From assembly GCF_009914755.1 (NCBI RefSeq), contig NC_060931.1: a stretch of DNA of 64,000 nucleotides. The stretch is one strand, 5' to 3'. This stretch comes from the human T2T-CHM13v2.0 reference genome, Homo sapiens. Shown piece by piece: positions 1 to 12,959 of the stretch; position 1 is the stretch's first letter, and each line of letters begins with the position of its first letter. The translations under genes were made by a program, and so were the position numbers. Below the pieces are notes generated by a model. The model searched no databases. It was not told the origin of the DNA and saw only the letters and a list, made by a program, of their open reading frames with translations.

Positions 1-994
1 TAGCACTCACACACCAAGCTTTAGGAAGGGAGGTATATTTTCGATGGATCCAAAACTGCCTTGAAAAGTCTCAGCTCGGTCTGAGTATGTTCTTCCTGTG
101 GAAGTTATTTCTGTAAACCCGAAGAACTCTATGCTTATTCTTGAAGTTTGGTCACCAATTCATAATATTGAATATTGAATTGTTTTCGTTCTGGGAATAG
201 ATGAGACTGGTTTGATTTTTAGATTTCATTATTTCTTTGTTTTAGGAAAAAAATATCTTTTTATACTTTTAAAAATATTTTACCTTTCATTCATTGGTTT
301 CTTCGCTTCAGGGCTTAAACTTATATTGAATTGAAGCCATATAACATCATTAAACTTATGTTGAATATCCCTCCACTTAAAATACCCTCTCCCTATATTT
401 TCTTTTTTTGCTACATGTATTTTATTTAATGGAATTAATTCAAGCTACGAGAGCGTTTCAATTTTAAGCTTTGTCTAGTCTGTTTTTTAATGTTTCTGAG
501 TTTTTTCTAACTCATGATTTGCCTTGGTCCTCAAATTATTTTCTTATGAAATCCCTTTTGGTCTCTCTTTTAATATTCTTAAACTATTTCACCTTTTTAT
601 CTTATTCTTATTGAAGTCATGTCTTCTTCAGGACTCCTAAATTAAAAAGGACTTATTACGCATCTTTTTCTTTCACTCAGAGTATATATAGAGGGAGTAC
701 AGAATGGATTGTTTAATTGTTGTGTGCCTGCTAAGCTGCTTTCCTTTTGGTTGTAATATATGTGCATAATTACAAAGCTGTTTCTTTACATCTTGTTCAT
801 GCTTCATGTTCGCAGCTCCTTTTAGACATTTTACGTACTTTAATTTGCTCTCTTCTCACTTTGCTGAGGCCTGTTCTTCTCCCAACTGCAGTATGACAGC
901 TAGGCACCATCTTCATGTCCTAATATTTGTCACAAATGGGCAGATGGGTGAGCGCTCCCCTGCCTTCATCATTTGTTAGAAAAATTGTGTTTGA

Positions 995-1417
<423 letters not shown>

Positions 1418-1573
1418 TCACTCACATAATAGGAGTGGAGCTTGGCCATTTTTCCCCTTCTGAGACCCTGAGTGCTTCCAGAGTTTTTCTGTGCTCTTAT
1501 TTTGAAAAATTCTATGTTAAATTTTTCCTGATCTACATGCCTTTATCTCAATCTGCTTACCTTCCTATTAGAG

Positions 1574-1874
1574 CAACGGTCCCCAACAATTTTGGCACCA
1601 GAGACCAGTTTCAAGGAAGCCAATTTTTCCACAGACTGGTGGGGATGGAAAGATGGTTTCCAGATGAAACTGTTCCACCTCAGATCATCAGGCATTAGAT
1701 TCTCATAAGGAGTGTGCAACCTAGATCCTTTGCATGCTCAGTTTACAATACAGTTCACACTCCTATGAGCAACTAATGCCTCTGTTGATCTGACAGGAGG
1801 CGGAGCTTAGGCAGTATATCTCACTTCCTTGTTCCTCACCTCCTGCTGTGTGGCCCCAGGGTTGGGGACTCCTG
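1574..1874 (-). mobile_element. MER1B hAT-Charlie non-autonomous DNA transposon
   Basis: TIRs caacggtccccaac / gttggggactcctg; internal ggcattagattctcataagg; 8-bp TSD tattag[a/g]g. Confidence 0.9.
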
Positions 1875-2196
1875 TATTAGGGTGTATCAATGAGAATTCA
1901 TAAGTATTGACATCTCAAGTATTATCCCAAGAATAGCAACTGGAGAAGTGGGGATGATCCTGCTTGAATCTTGTGTTTCTGTCTTTAACTAAAAATGTTC
2001 CACATTTGTACCAGGGCTGCCTTTGGTCTGGAGGTTGAGAATGTTAGGAATTAATGGCATTTGGGACTTTTCTGTGAATCCTGAGTCCTGCCTGTTCTGA
2101 CATGGATCTACACAGGTCAAGGAAACTCCTGCTGAAAGAAGTTTTCCTGTTAGAGCACTGTCTGCATTTCTGGATCCTTTCTGTTTTTGAGGGTTT

Positions 2197-2639
2197 TGTT
2201 CTAAGTTTAATTGTGTCTCTCTAAAAAGATACGTTGAATTCCTAACCTCTGGCATCTGTGATTATGACTTCATTTAGAAATAGGTTATTTGCAGATGCAA
2301 TCAAGTTAATATGAGGTCATTTTAGATTAGACTTTAAATCCAATGACTGGTGTCCTTGTAAAGAGAGAGATGTTTGGAGAACACAGGCAGAAGACAGCCA
2401 TGGGAGGATGGAGGCAGAGAAAGAAGTGACACTGCCACAAACCAGGGAACTCATGGAGCCACCAGAAGCTGGAAGAAGCAAGGAAGGATTCTTCCGAGAA
2501 GCCTGCAGAGGGAGGATGACCCTGCCAGCACCTTGATTTTGGACCTCTAGACTCCAGAACTGTAAAAGAATACATTTCTGTTGTTTTAAGCCACTCAGTT
2601 TATGGTAATTTGTTACAACAATTCTAGGAAACAGATGTA
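2197..2639 (+). mobile_element. MLT1C-like MaLR solo LTR
   Basis: Typical MLT1 blocks: gagccaccagaagctggaag, gacctctagactccagaactgt, ttgttttaagccactcagtttatggtaatttgttaca. Confidence 0.85.
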
Positions 2640-2699
2640 GGGTCCCAGAAGTTTTCTATGAATGGGAGGCTGGGTAGGTCATGGATGAAAGCTTGAGTA

Positions 2700-2975
2700 T
2701 ATTTCAAGTTTGACTGTACCATTTTGTCACTGAGGATATACTTTAATAATTAACATGACCTCCTCAAGGCTATTTCTGTAAAATGGGAATAGCCAAGCCC
2801 AGGTCATAAAAAAACTGAGCGAACATACGTAAAGTGGTGGGGACTATGCCTGCTCTCCCCAAGGTAAGCATTGAGTAATAGGCCTACATCTTCAGAAGGG
2901 ATTAACCACACAACTCCCCAAAATTATTATGAAAATTAAATGAGATAAATGCAAAGAATGTTGCTAGAACATGGC
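2700..2975 (+). mobile_element. MIR fragments
   Basis: ctgtaaaatgggaatag and aaattaaatgagataaatgcaaag, MIR core/3' motifs. Confidence 0.5.
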
Positions 2976-3049
2976 ATTTCTTATGTTTTTCTAAATTTTA
3001 ACCTTCTCTAAATTTTAACATCTCTAAAGTTATAATTACAATACTTTTC

Positions 3050-4830
3050 TTCACTCATTGAACTGTTGTTTTATGACTACCTGTGATGTGCCAGGCACCG
3101 CACTCTGCACTGAAAATGCAGTGGTAGATTGTAGAAACACAGCCAATGTTCTTATGAAGTTTGCACTCTGTGAGAGTGATACACAGTAAAAAGCGTACCA
3201 AGAAAAGCACAAATATTTTCATGACAACCTTTGGAATATATATTCCCTCCAAAAAGAGTGTCTATAAGGGATAACGAAAGGGTCTAAAGTGGCTAAAGAG
3301 CTCTCTGATAACATGGCCTGCAAGCTGAAGTCTAAAGGATGAGAAGGGATCTTCCAGACAAAGATAAAGAAATGGATGAAGAAATGAGAGGGGAGATGCA
3401 TCTGAAACCAGGCCACATAGGAGAAGACCACCAGATGAGAAGTGATATGAGATGAAGTTGTGGGTTTCATCAAGAGTCAGATAACAAAGAAATATCTGTA
3501 AGTCTCAATAATCACTTTGGGTTTTATTAATATAATGATATCCCTTGAAGAACTTAAGTAGAAACATCACTGTTCAATTTATTAATTAAAACAATTGCAC
3601 TTGCTCTGTTGTCTATGTGGAGAGTAGATTTGAGAAAGACACAGAGGAAACTGAGTCCAGTAAGGTTATTGTGGCAATTCACTGAGAGATGGTGGTGTAT
3701 TTGGAAAATTTGATAGTAGATGGATTTACATAACTTACAAAATGAGATATTCTTAATCTTATGAAATGAATGGACTTGAAGAATTGACTGTGAAGTAAGA
3801 GAAAAAAGACATGAAGGATTATGTCTGTGTTTTGTGCTTAACTAGCTTAGCAGATCAGACTTTGATTTCCTGAGAACTGAATTAGAGAAGGCACGGATAA
3901 GAATGGGTTAGGATCAAGGGTAGGATGGAGGAATTATCTTCTGGATATGCTATTTTTATATGCCCATGGACATCAAAGAGGATGTGTTAAGTAGAAGTTG
4001 AACATACATAAGAGAGAGAAATCAGGACACCAAAACAAGCTGCTAATTAAGCCAAGAAAATGGCCAAAAAAACCTATGGAAAGAATAAAAAGAGAAAGAG
4101 GATGGAGGCACTGGGTTAGGCTTTGGAATGTGCAACATTTAGCAGTGGGACCCAGTAGCCAGAAGAAGAGATTGATCAAGATCCAGGGAGCTTGGAAGGA
4201 ATCCAGGAGAAACCAGTAGAGTTGCTGTTGTGGAAAAGAGCACGTGTCCACTACGCTGAAGCTGCAGTTTTGGTAGATGAACACAATGGACTGTGCTGTA
4301 GACCTGCCAGCACAGTTGTTGGTGATATAAAAAGAAGCAGTTTTGGTTATGTGGTGGAAAAGAAGCCAGTTGTGGTGCTTTAAGAAATCAGTGAATCAGA
4401 AAGTTCCAAGATTATTTGGGGCAGCTCTTTAAAGGAGGTTACTCTAAAGATTAACAAAAAATGGGTAGCAGGTACAAGGGCAAGAAGGGTAACGGCAGGA
4501 ATGTTATTTAAGGAAGTGGGTACTAACTATGCATGTATAAGATTCCAGAATGTATTAAGTAGAATAAGAGACCATGATGATATAGAAGAAAGGTTTAGTT
4601 TCACTAAAAATGTGAAGATTGAGAGAAGGCAATAGAGGAAGGGATGCATAGAATTCACAGAGAAGCAAATTTTTAGATGAGCAATTAGGCTTATCTCCAT
4701 TTTGACACACAGAAAAGGGTGCTACAGACACCAGGGACCTCACTCATTTTGATGGAGGGAAAAAAAGGTAGTTTTTATTTGTTGCCTCTGTTTTCCATTA
4801 AAATATGAAACCTGGCCGTTAGCAGATAAG
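3050..4830 (-). mobile_element. L2 LINE relic (3' portion, ~1.8 kb)
   Basis: Reverse L2 3' end (tcattgaac...tgtgccaggcac...gaaaatgcagtgg) followed by purine-rich antisense L2 body. Confidence 0.75.
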
Positions 4831-6024
4831 TGGGAAAACTTGGTGTCTCATAACAACTAACTATTTTATTAGTTCATATTTCTGTGAGTAAGCAAATTGG
4901 GCTGGGCTCCTCTAGGCTGTTCTTCTGTTAGTCTTATCTGGAGTCAATGTGCAGATACAACTGTCTGGAAGGTCAATTAATTGGAGTGAATGTGGTAGTA
5001 GCCTTACTTACATGATTGACTATGTAATGAGCTGTTACAGCTGTGCTGGGGGCCACATACCTCCAGCAGGCTAGTGCTGGCTTTTTCATATGGCAACCTG
5101 ATTCTAAGAGCAGCAGGAGACAGAACAAGCCCCTATGAGCAGGTGCTTATGGGGTTGGATATCCCCCTTGCTGTTCTACTGATAGTGAGTTATCATGAGA
5201 TCCAGTTTAAAGTGTGCAGCACCTCCCGCTTCTCTCTCTCTCTTTCCTGCTCTGCCATGTGAAGATGTACCTGTTTCCCCTTCACCTTCCACCAAGAATG
5301 GAAGTTTTCAGAAGCCACTCTAGCAGTGCTTCCTGTACAGCCTAGAGAACCATAAGTCAATTAAACCTCTTTCCTTTATAAATTACCCAGTCTCAGGTAG
5401 TTCTTTATAGCAATGGGAGAACAGAAAATTGGTATTGGGAGTGGGGCATTCCTGTAAAGATACCTGAAAATGTAGAAGCAGCTTTGGAGCTTTGGAACTG
5501 TGTAACAGGCAGAGGTTGGACCAGTTTGGAGGGCTCAGAAGAAGACAGGAAAATGAGGGAAGTTTGGAACTTCACAGCAACTTGTTAAATTGTTGTGACC
5601 AAATGGTCATAGTGATATCGACAATGAGGTCCAGGCTGAAGTGGTCTCAGATGGAGATGAGGAACCTATCGGGAACTGCAGCAAAGGTCACTTTTGTTAT
5701 TTGTTAACAAAGAGGCTGGAGGCATCGTCCTTCTGCCCTAGAGATCTGTGGATCTTTGAACTTGAGAATGATGATTTAGGGTATCTTGCAGAAGAAATTC
5801 CTAGGGCAGCACAACATTCAAGATATGGCCCGACTGCTTCTAACAGCATATGATCATATGTGTAAGCAAAGAGATGATCTGAAACTGGGACTTATATTTA
5901 AAAGGAAAGCAGAACATAAAAGTTTAGAAAATTTGCAGCCTTACTGTGTGGTAGAAAAGAAAAACTCATTTTCTTATAAGGAATTCGAGCTGGCTGAAGA
6001 AATTCGCATAAGTAAAGAGGAGCC

Positions 6025-6389
6025 TGATACAGTCTGGCTCTGTATCACCACCCAAATCTTATCTCAAATTGCAATCCAAATATTTCCTTGTGTTGGTGCA
6101 GGAACCTCGTGGGAGGTAATTAGATCATGGGTGTGCTCCCCCTATACTGTTCTCATGATAGTGAGTGAGTTCTCATGAGATCTGATGGTTTTATAAGGGG
6201 CTTTTCACCCTTTTGCCCTGCACTTCTGTCTCCAGTCACCATATGAAGAAGGACATGTTTGCTTCATCTTCTGCCATTATTGTACATTTCCTGAGGCCTC
6301 CCCAGCCATGTAGAGCTGTGAATCAATTAAACCTCTTTCCTCTATAAATTACCCAGTCTTGGGCAGTTCTTTATAGGAGTGTGAGAATG
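6025..6389 (+). mobile_element. THE1D-like solo LTR inserted in MSTA-int
   Basis: tgatacagtctggctctgt start, THE1D-type body; 5-bp TSD gagcc at 6020-6024 and 6390-6394. Confidence 0.85.
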
Positions 6390-7624
6390 GAGCCAAATGT
6401 TAACAGCCACAACAAAAGGAGTTTCAGAGACCTTCATGGCAGCCCTTCCCATCACAGTCCCAGAGGCAGAGGAGGCAAGAATGGTTTTGTGGGCTGGACC
6501 AAGGACCCTGCTACCCTGCACAACCTCAGGACACTGTTCCCTGTGTCCCAGCTGCTCCAGCTCCAGCCATGACTAAAAGGGCTCCAGATACATCTCAGAC
6601 TGCTGCTCCACAGGATGCAAGATGTAAGCATTGGTGGCTTCCATGTGGTGTTAGCCTCCATGTGTGCAGCGGGCAAGAGTTGAGGCTTATGGGCCTCCAC
6701 CTATATTTTGGAGGTTGTATGGAAATACATGGATATCCAGGCAGAAATCTGCTGCAGGGGCAGAGCCCTCATGGACAACCTCTACTAGGGGAGTGCAGAA
6801 GGAAAATGTGGGGTTGGAGCTCCCACACAGAGTCTCCACTGGGGCACTGCCAAGTGGAGCTGTGAAGAGGGCTGCTATCCTTCAGACCCCAGAATGATAG
6901 ATCTGCCTACATTTCAGAGGATGTATGGAAACACCTAGATGTCCAGGCAGAAGTTTGCTGCAGGACTGGAGCCTTCATGGAGAACCTCTGCTAGGGTAGT
7001 GCAAAAGGGAAATGTGGGGTCAGAGCCCCAACACAGTGTCCGCACTGGGGCACTACCTAGTGGAGTTCTGAGAAAAGTGCAAAGAGGGACACTGCCCTCC
7101 AGACCCCAGAATGGTCGATCATCAACAGCTTAAAAGCCACAAGTACCTGGAAAAGCCACAAGCACTCAACATCAGCACATGAAAACAGCTGAGGGAGCTG
7201 TATTCTGCCAAGCCACAGGGGTGGAAATGGCCAAGCCTTTGGAACCCACTTCTTGCATCAGTGTGACCTGGATCTGAGACATGAAGTCAAAAAAGATTCT
7301 TTTGGAGCTTTAAAATTTAATGACTGCCCTGATGGATTTTGGACTTGCATGGAGTCTGTAGCCCCTTTGTTTTGACTGATTTCTCCCTCTTGGAATGGAT
7401 GTGTTGATTCAGTACCTGTACTCCCATTGTATCTAGGCAGTAACTAACTTGCTTTTGATTTTACGGGCTTATAGGCAGAAGTGACTTGTCTTGTGTCAGA
7501 TGAGAGTTTGGACTCTGGACATTTGAGTTAATGTTGAAATAAGACTTGGGGGACTGTTGAAAAGGGAGGATTATATTTTACAATATAAGAAGAACATGAG
7601 ATTTGGGAAGGGCCAGAGGCAGAA

Positions 7625-8007
7625 TAATATGGTTTGGATTTGTGTTCCCACTCAAATCTCATGTTGAATTATAATGCCCAGTGTTAAAGGTGGGGCTTGG
7701 TGGGAAATGATTGGATCATGGGAGCACATTTCCTCTTTGCTGTTCTCATGATAGTGAGTGAATTCTTATGAGATCTTGTTTTTTAAAAGTGTGCAGCACT
7801 TTCCCCTTCTCTCTCTCTCTCCTCATCAACCACATGAAAATATGTCTGCCTCTTTTTGCTTTCCACCATGATTGAATGTTTCCTGAGGCCTCCCCAGCTA
7901 TGCTTCCTGTACAGCCTATGGAACCATGAGCCAATTAAACCTCTTTTATTTATAAATTATCTAGTCACAAGGAGTTCTTTATAGCAGTGTGTGAACAGAC
8001 TAATACA
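7625..8007 (+). mobile_element. MSTA 3' LTR
   Basis: taatatggtttggat ... gaacagactaataca; preceded by purine tract tttgggaagggccagaggcagaa. Confidence 0.9.
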
Positions 8008-9324
8008 GGAGGTGATTCATTTAGGGCCATTGATCTACAGCAGGGGAATTGGAATGGTAGGCAAGTGTAAGTCTTAGTGTGGTAATGAATTAGAGATGAA
8101 GGAGAAACATGTATTTGCTAGAAGAAGCAATAGGGAACAAGGAAAATTTTGCCCCAAATTTCAAGAGATAGGAAGCCAATGAAAGATAAACAATATTTAA
8201 TTGTATATCAAATATTATATATGTATAAAGTATAAAGAGAAGTATATAGAAGTGGTATACCTAGAAATCAAGTTTCTGTAAAGTCAAGGAGGTAGTGGGA
8301 ATTTCCACTAAACCTGTCATAACTGAAGGGGAGTTTGCTGTGCTCATTGCATTAAATAAAAAATTATAAAATATATAATAATAGCTAAGAAAGAAAGTGC
8401 CTGGCAAATTTGGAACTGTCATTCACGTGTCTGGAATTTGAAGGTAGTCAAAAACAAGCTCAGCCCACGTATTAGAAGGTAATACAATGCTTTAGGTCAA
8501 GAATTAATAGAATAACCGTTCAATGAAGTTTCACCTGCAAAATTAATTCAATATGGGTTAAATATGAGTTTTGACATTAAAAAGAACTGAAGTTGGAAGA
8601 CCATTAATAACAACTGAAATAAGTGACAGTGTCTTTAGGAAGGAAGCATTTAATGAAGTGTCACAAAGGCCAACAATATGACTGCTATTAATTAACTTCT
8701 TAATTAATTATATGATGGAGGGATAAGCTTCAAGTAAATGCAGCTTTCTGTTGATAGGTAATGAGGGATGATGACATTAGGAAAGATGAAAAATACAAAC
8801 TGACTTCATGGAATGGGGAATTTAACTAGGCAGATTCTATAAATAAATAGTTGCTTTTATGATAGGCAAAATTAGGAAAAGAATCTAATCCAGTATATTG
8901 GGATTTGAAAAATTGATGCAATTATTTGCGAAATATGTTTACATATCAAACTAAAAGGAAAATGCATGCAATTAAATTTTTCAAATGACAAAACTGAATT
9001 AACTCACACTATATGGAGGGTCCTACCGTAATAGATATGTAAGTTAATGTTTTTATCTATATTTACATATAAATTTGTTATTTAAATCTGGAAGAATTTT
9101 GGACTAGCAAAGTGCTGACTGTTATTTAGTGTCCATAAATTATATAGAGCATAGAGGGAGCTGGAGACTGTGCTGGGCTGTGGTTCTCTGGTGGAGCATG
9201 TGTATGTAGTATCATGGCCCAGCATTATGCAACTGAGAGCCTGAACAAGAGCATGCCATGGCTGCACACACCAATGTCTATGTGTCAATGACTGCAGGTG
9301 AGCATAGGAAACACTAGAATATTC

Positions 9325-10040
9325 TCTACGCTTCTGAGTACAAATTCCATCCAATGATATCTCATCATTTCTACTGCCACTAGCCATGATCATTTCTTTT
9401 CTCGATTATTTCAAGAGCCACTTAATTGGACCCTGGCTTCCAACCTGACAGTGCAGTCTCTTCTTCACCTAGGAGCCAGAATCTTCTTTCGAAAATGTGT
9501 CAGCTTGTCGATCTTCTCTGCAGCAGGATCCAATAGCTACACATGTCACTCAGAGTAAAAGCCAAGGAGGCCTGATGCGACCTGCCCTTGTTGTCCCTGT
9601 CTTATCTGCCCTCTGTCCTCCCCACCCTTCCCCAGGCACACCTGTGTTCTCGCCCTGCCTCAAACACACCAGGTAGGACTATCACTCTCCCTGGAGCATT
9701 CTCATAGCCAATATATTGGGATTGAAAAACCCCAATAACCACATATGGTTCAACACATTTCTGATGAAATGTCACACTCTGAGTGGGGCTACACTGACAT
9801 TCTATTTATAGATAAATATTCCTCGGCATTCATCGGTCCAAATCTCTACTGTATACCTCTCCAGACAAAATGTCTTGTTAATATTTAATGCAATTACCTA
9901 TTTCCTTTTTATCTGTATCTTCCCCACTAAAATGCAAATCCCATGAGGGCAGTGCTTTCTCCTAAACATGCTTACTCTGTATACCTAACACTTAGCTGTT
10001 AGTGTATATAGGTCCGTCATAAATATTTTCAATGAATGAA
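9325..10040 (+). mobile_element. L2 LINE relic (3' end)
   Basis: cactcagagtaaaagcc, cccatgagggcag, terminal aaatattttcaatgaatgaa. Confidence 0.75.
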
Positions 10041-10807
<767 letters not shown>

Positions 10808-11706
10808 ATGGATAAGTGCAGAAGACAGAGGATGCAAGTTTTGGATCATCAAATATCAAGAGGAATTGAGATCCATTTCACTGGTAGAGTATATAATTTC
10901 AGAAAATAACTAGGGAAAGGAAAAAGAGGCAAAGAATACAAGTACAGTTTTATTTTGTCCATCAGGCAGTCAATGGTTTTATTACTGAATTTTTTCATAA
11001 TGCAGATGCAAATGAGATGTGTTACTTATCTAGCCCCTCAAAGACCCTTGGTGCATACCTGGTATATGCAGCAGGAGAATCAAGGAATACAATAGAGTGT
11101 AGAGGAGTCAAAATAATACATGGAATTACTGAGATTTCTGCTGATCTCAGGTGATTGTGTATTTGACTTAGTGTATGGACAGGATATTTTCACACTGGGG
11201 GATTAGGCAGGCTAATATTGGACTGAGTTTCTCTATTTTAGCTTTGGTACAAGATCTCAAGCCCAAAGACATAGTCAAATGACCTTGATACCAGACTACA
11301 GCTTTGCCCAAAGACAAGTGGTTGTTCTTTAGTGATGTGGTTGCAAATCCTGTTGAATCAAATGTGTATAAGAGATAAGCTTCAGACCTCAGCAAACAAG
11401 CCTAGTTTTAGGGGCTTCTGCAAAGGTACAGATCAGGAGAGTTTTTCTTATTTAATGCAGGCTGTGTGAGTGCCTCCAACATTCTGGCTTTATAGCCATC
11501 CTGGCCCTGAAAGCTCTTGGACCTCTTTGTGCTGTGGCTTCTGAGTTGGGTTCTGCAGATGCAGGCAGCCTCAGAACTAAGACTTCCTGTGCAGATGGAG
11601 GCTTACCTAAGCAGGAACATCAGAAGTGATGTCTCAGTTTATAGACTGAAGATACTGTCTTATACTAGCCTCATACATATCAAGGAACAGAATATTTACT
11701 GTTTTT

Positions 11707-12347
11707 CCTCAGCTTTATTAAGGTCTAATTCACAAATTAAAATTGTATATATTTATGCTATACAACATGATATCTTCATATAGGTACATGGGAAATGACT
11801 AAATCTAACTAATAAACATATACATCATCTCACATACTTATCATTTTGGTGTGGTGCAAACATTTACGACCTACTATCTTAGCAATTTTCCAGTAAAGGG
11901 TACACTATTGTTAACTGTAGTTACCATGCTGTACAATAGATCTCCAGAGCTTCTTCTTCCTATCTAACTGAAACTCTGTATCTTGGCTAACATTTCCCTA
12001 ACCCCTACCCCTGTTCCTCACAACCACCATTCTACTTTCTGATCCTATGAGTTCAACTGTTTAGATTCCACATATTAGTGAGATCATGCAGGATGTGTCT
12101 TTCTATTCCTGGTTTATTTCACTTAACCTAATGTCCTCCATGTCCATCCATGTTGTTTCAAATGACAGGATTTCCTTCTTTTATAAGGCGGAATCATATT
12201 CTATTGGAACAGATGTTTTTGGTCCATTGATGGACACTTAGGTTGATTCCATATCTTAGCTTTTGTGAATAATGCCACAAGAAACATGGAGGTGCAAATG
12301 TCACTTCCACAAACTGATGTCATTTCCTTTCGATATATATCCAGAAG
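11707..12347 (-). mobile_element. L1MA (L1MA8/9-like) 5'-truncated 3' end
   Basis: Antisense L1MA 3'UTR (ttagattccacatattagtgagatcatgcag); 18-bp TSD agaatatttact[g/c]ttttt at 11689-11706 and 12348-12365. Confidence 0.88.
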
Positions 12348-12959
12348 AGAATATTTACTCTTTTTAAACTTCAGAGTACCAACTAAAGTTCTCTTCTGCC
12401 CAGGCTAAATAAGCTGGTGTTGACTGTACAGTCAACTCAAACTCCATCATGTGGTTACAGCAAGGAAGGAAATACTAACTCGGGATTCCCATGGCCTGTC
12501 CACATGACAGGGGAGGGTTTCTACTTATTTCTGAGTTGCTTAATCATGTAGTTTTGAGAAGCATTCGTTAGTATGTAGATGTCTTTGCCCTAGACTGTTC
12601 CATGGCAATTCCCTAGATTCCCTAGACAGATCTATAGCAAGAGTCCTGTGACATAGCACTCTGTCCCCCAAGGAAGTCATCATGCTTTGTTAATAGCTGA
12701 GAACTTGGTTGCCAGAAATACATGCCTTGAAGAGACAGAAACTAACTGGTCTTGAATATATCAGGGAAAGAGGCCATTCCAACAAAATCTGCTGCCACTT
12801 TGCATACTTATCAATGTCAAAAGAAAGCGGCAAAGAGTCCAGTGCTTTTCCTGTAGAAAGGAGATAGCATGTAGTGGAAATTTCCTCTCAGACAAAGGTA
12901 AGTTCTGGGTCCAAAGTCAACCACTTCCTGAGTCCCTGCTGCATTAATTCTTAGATGGC

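Larger units (their letters stand above)
5149..8007 (+). mobile_element. MSTA MaLR provirus: 5'-truncated 5' LTR (~5149-5424), internal region, 3' LTR
   Basis: LTR end followed by gaaaattggtattgggagtggggcatt internal start; MaLR-int ORF remnants; polypurine tract before the 3' LTR. Confidence 0.9.
4830..8040 (-). mobile_element. Old MLT1 (H/I/J-like) LTR split by the MSTA provirus (pieces ~4830-5148 and 8008-8040)
   Basis: ctccagcaggctagt...catatggca...aagcccc before the provirus; ggaggtgattcatttagggccatt...atctac resumes right after the 3' LTR. Confidence 0.6.

Noticed and set aside
1-960. T-rich segment possibly from an old antisense L1M 5' region
   Set aside because: Compositionally suggestive only; I could not anchor a diagnostic motif.
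5492-7133. Cluster of plus-strand ORFs
   Set aside because: They are decayed MaLR internal ORF pieces within the MSTA provirus.
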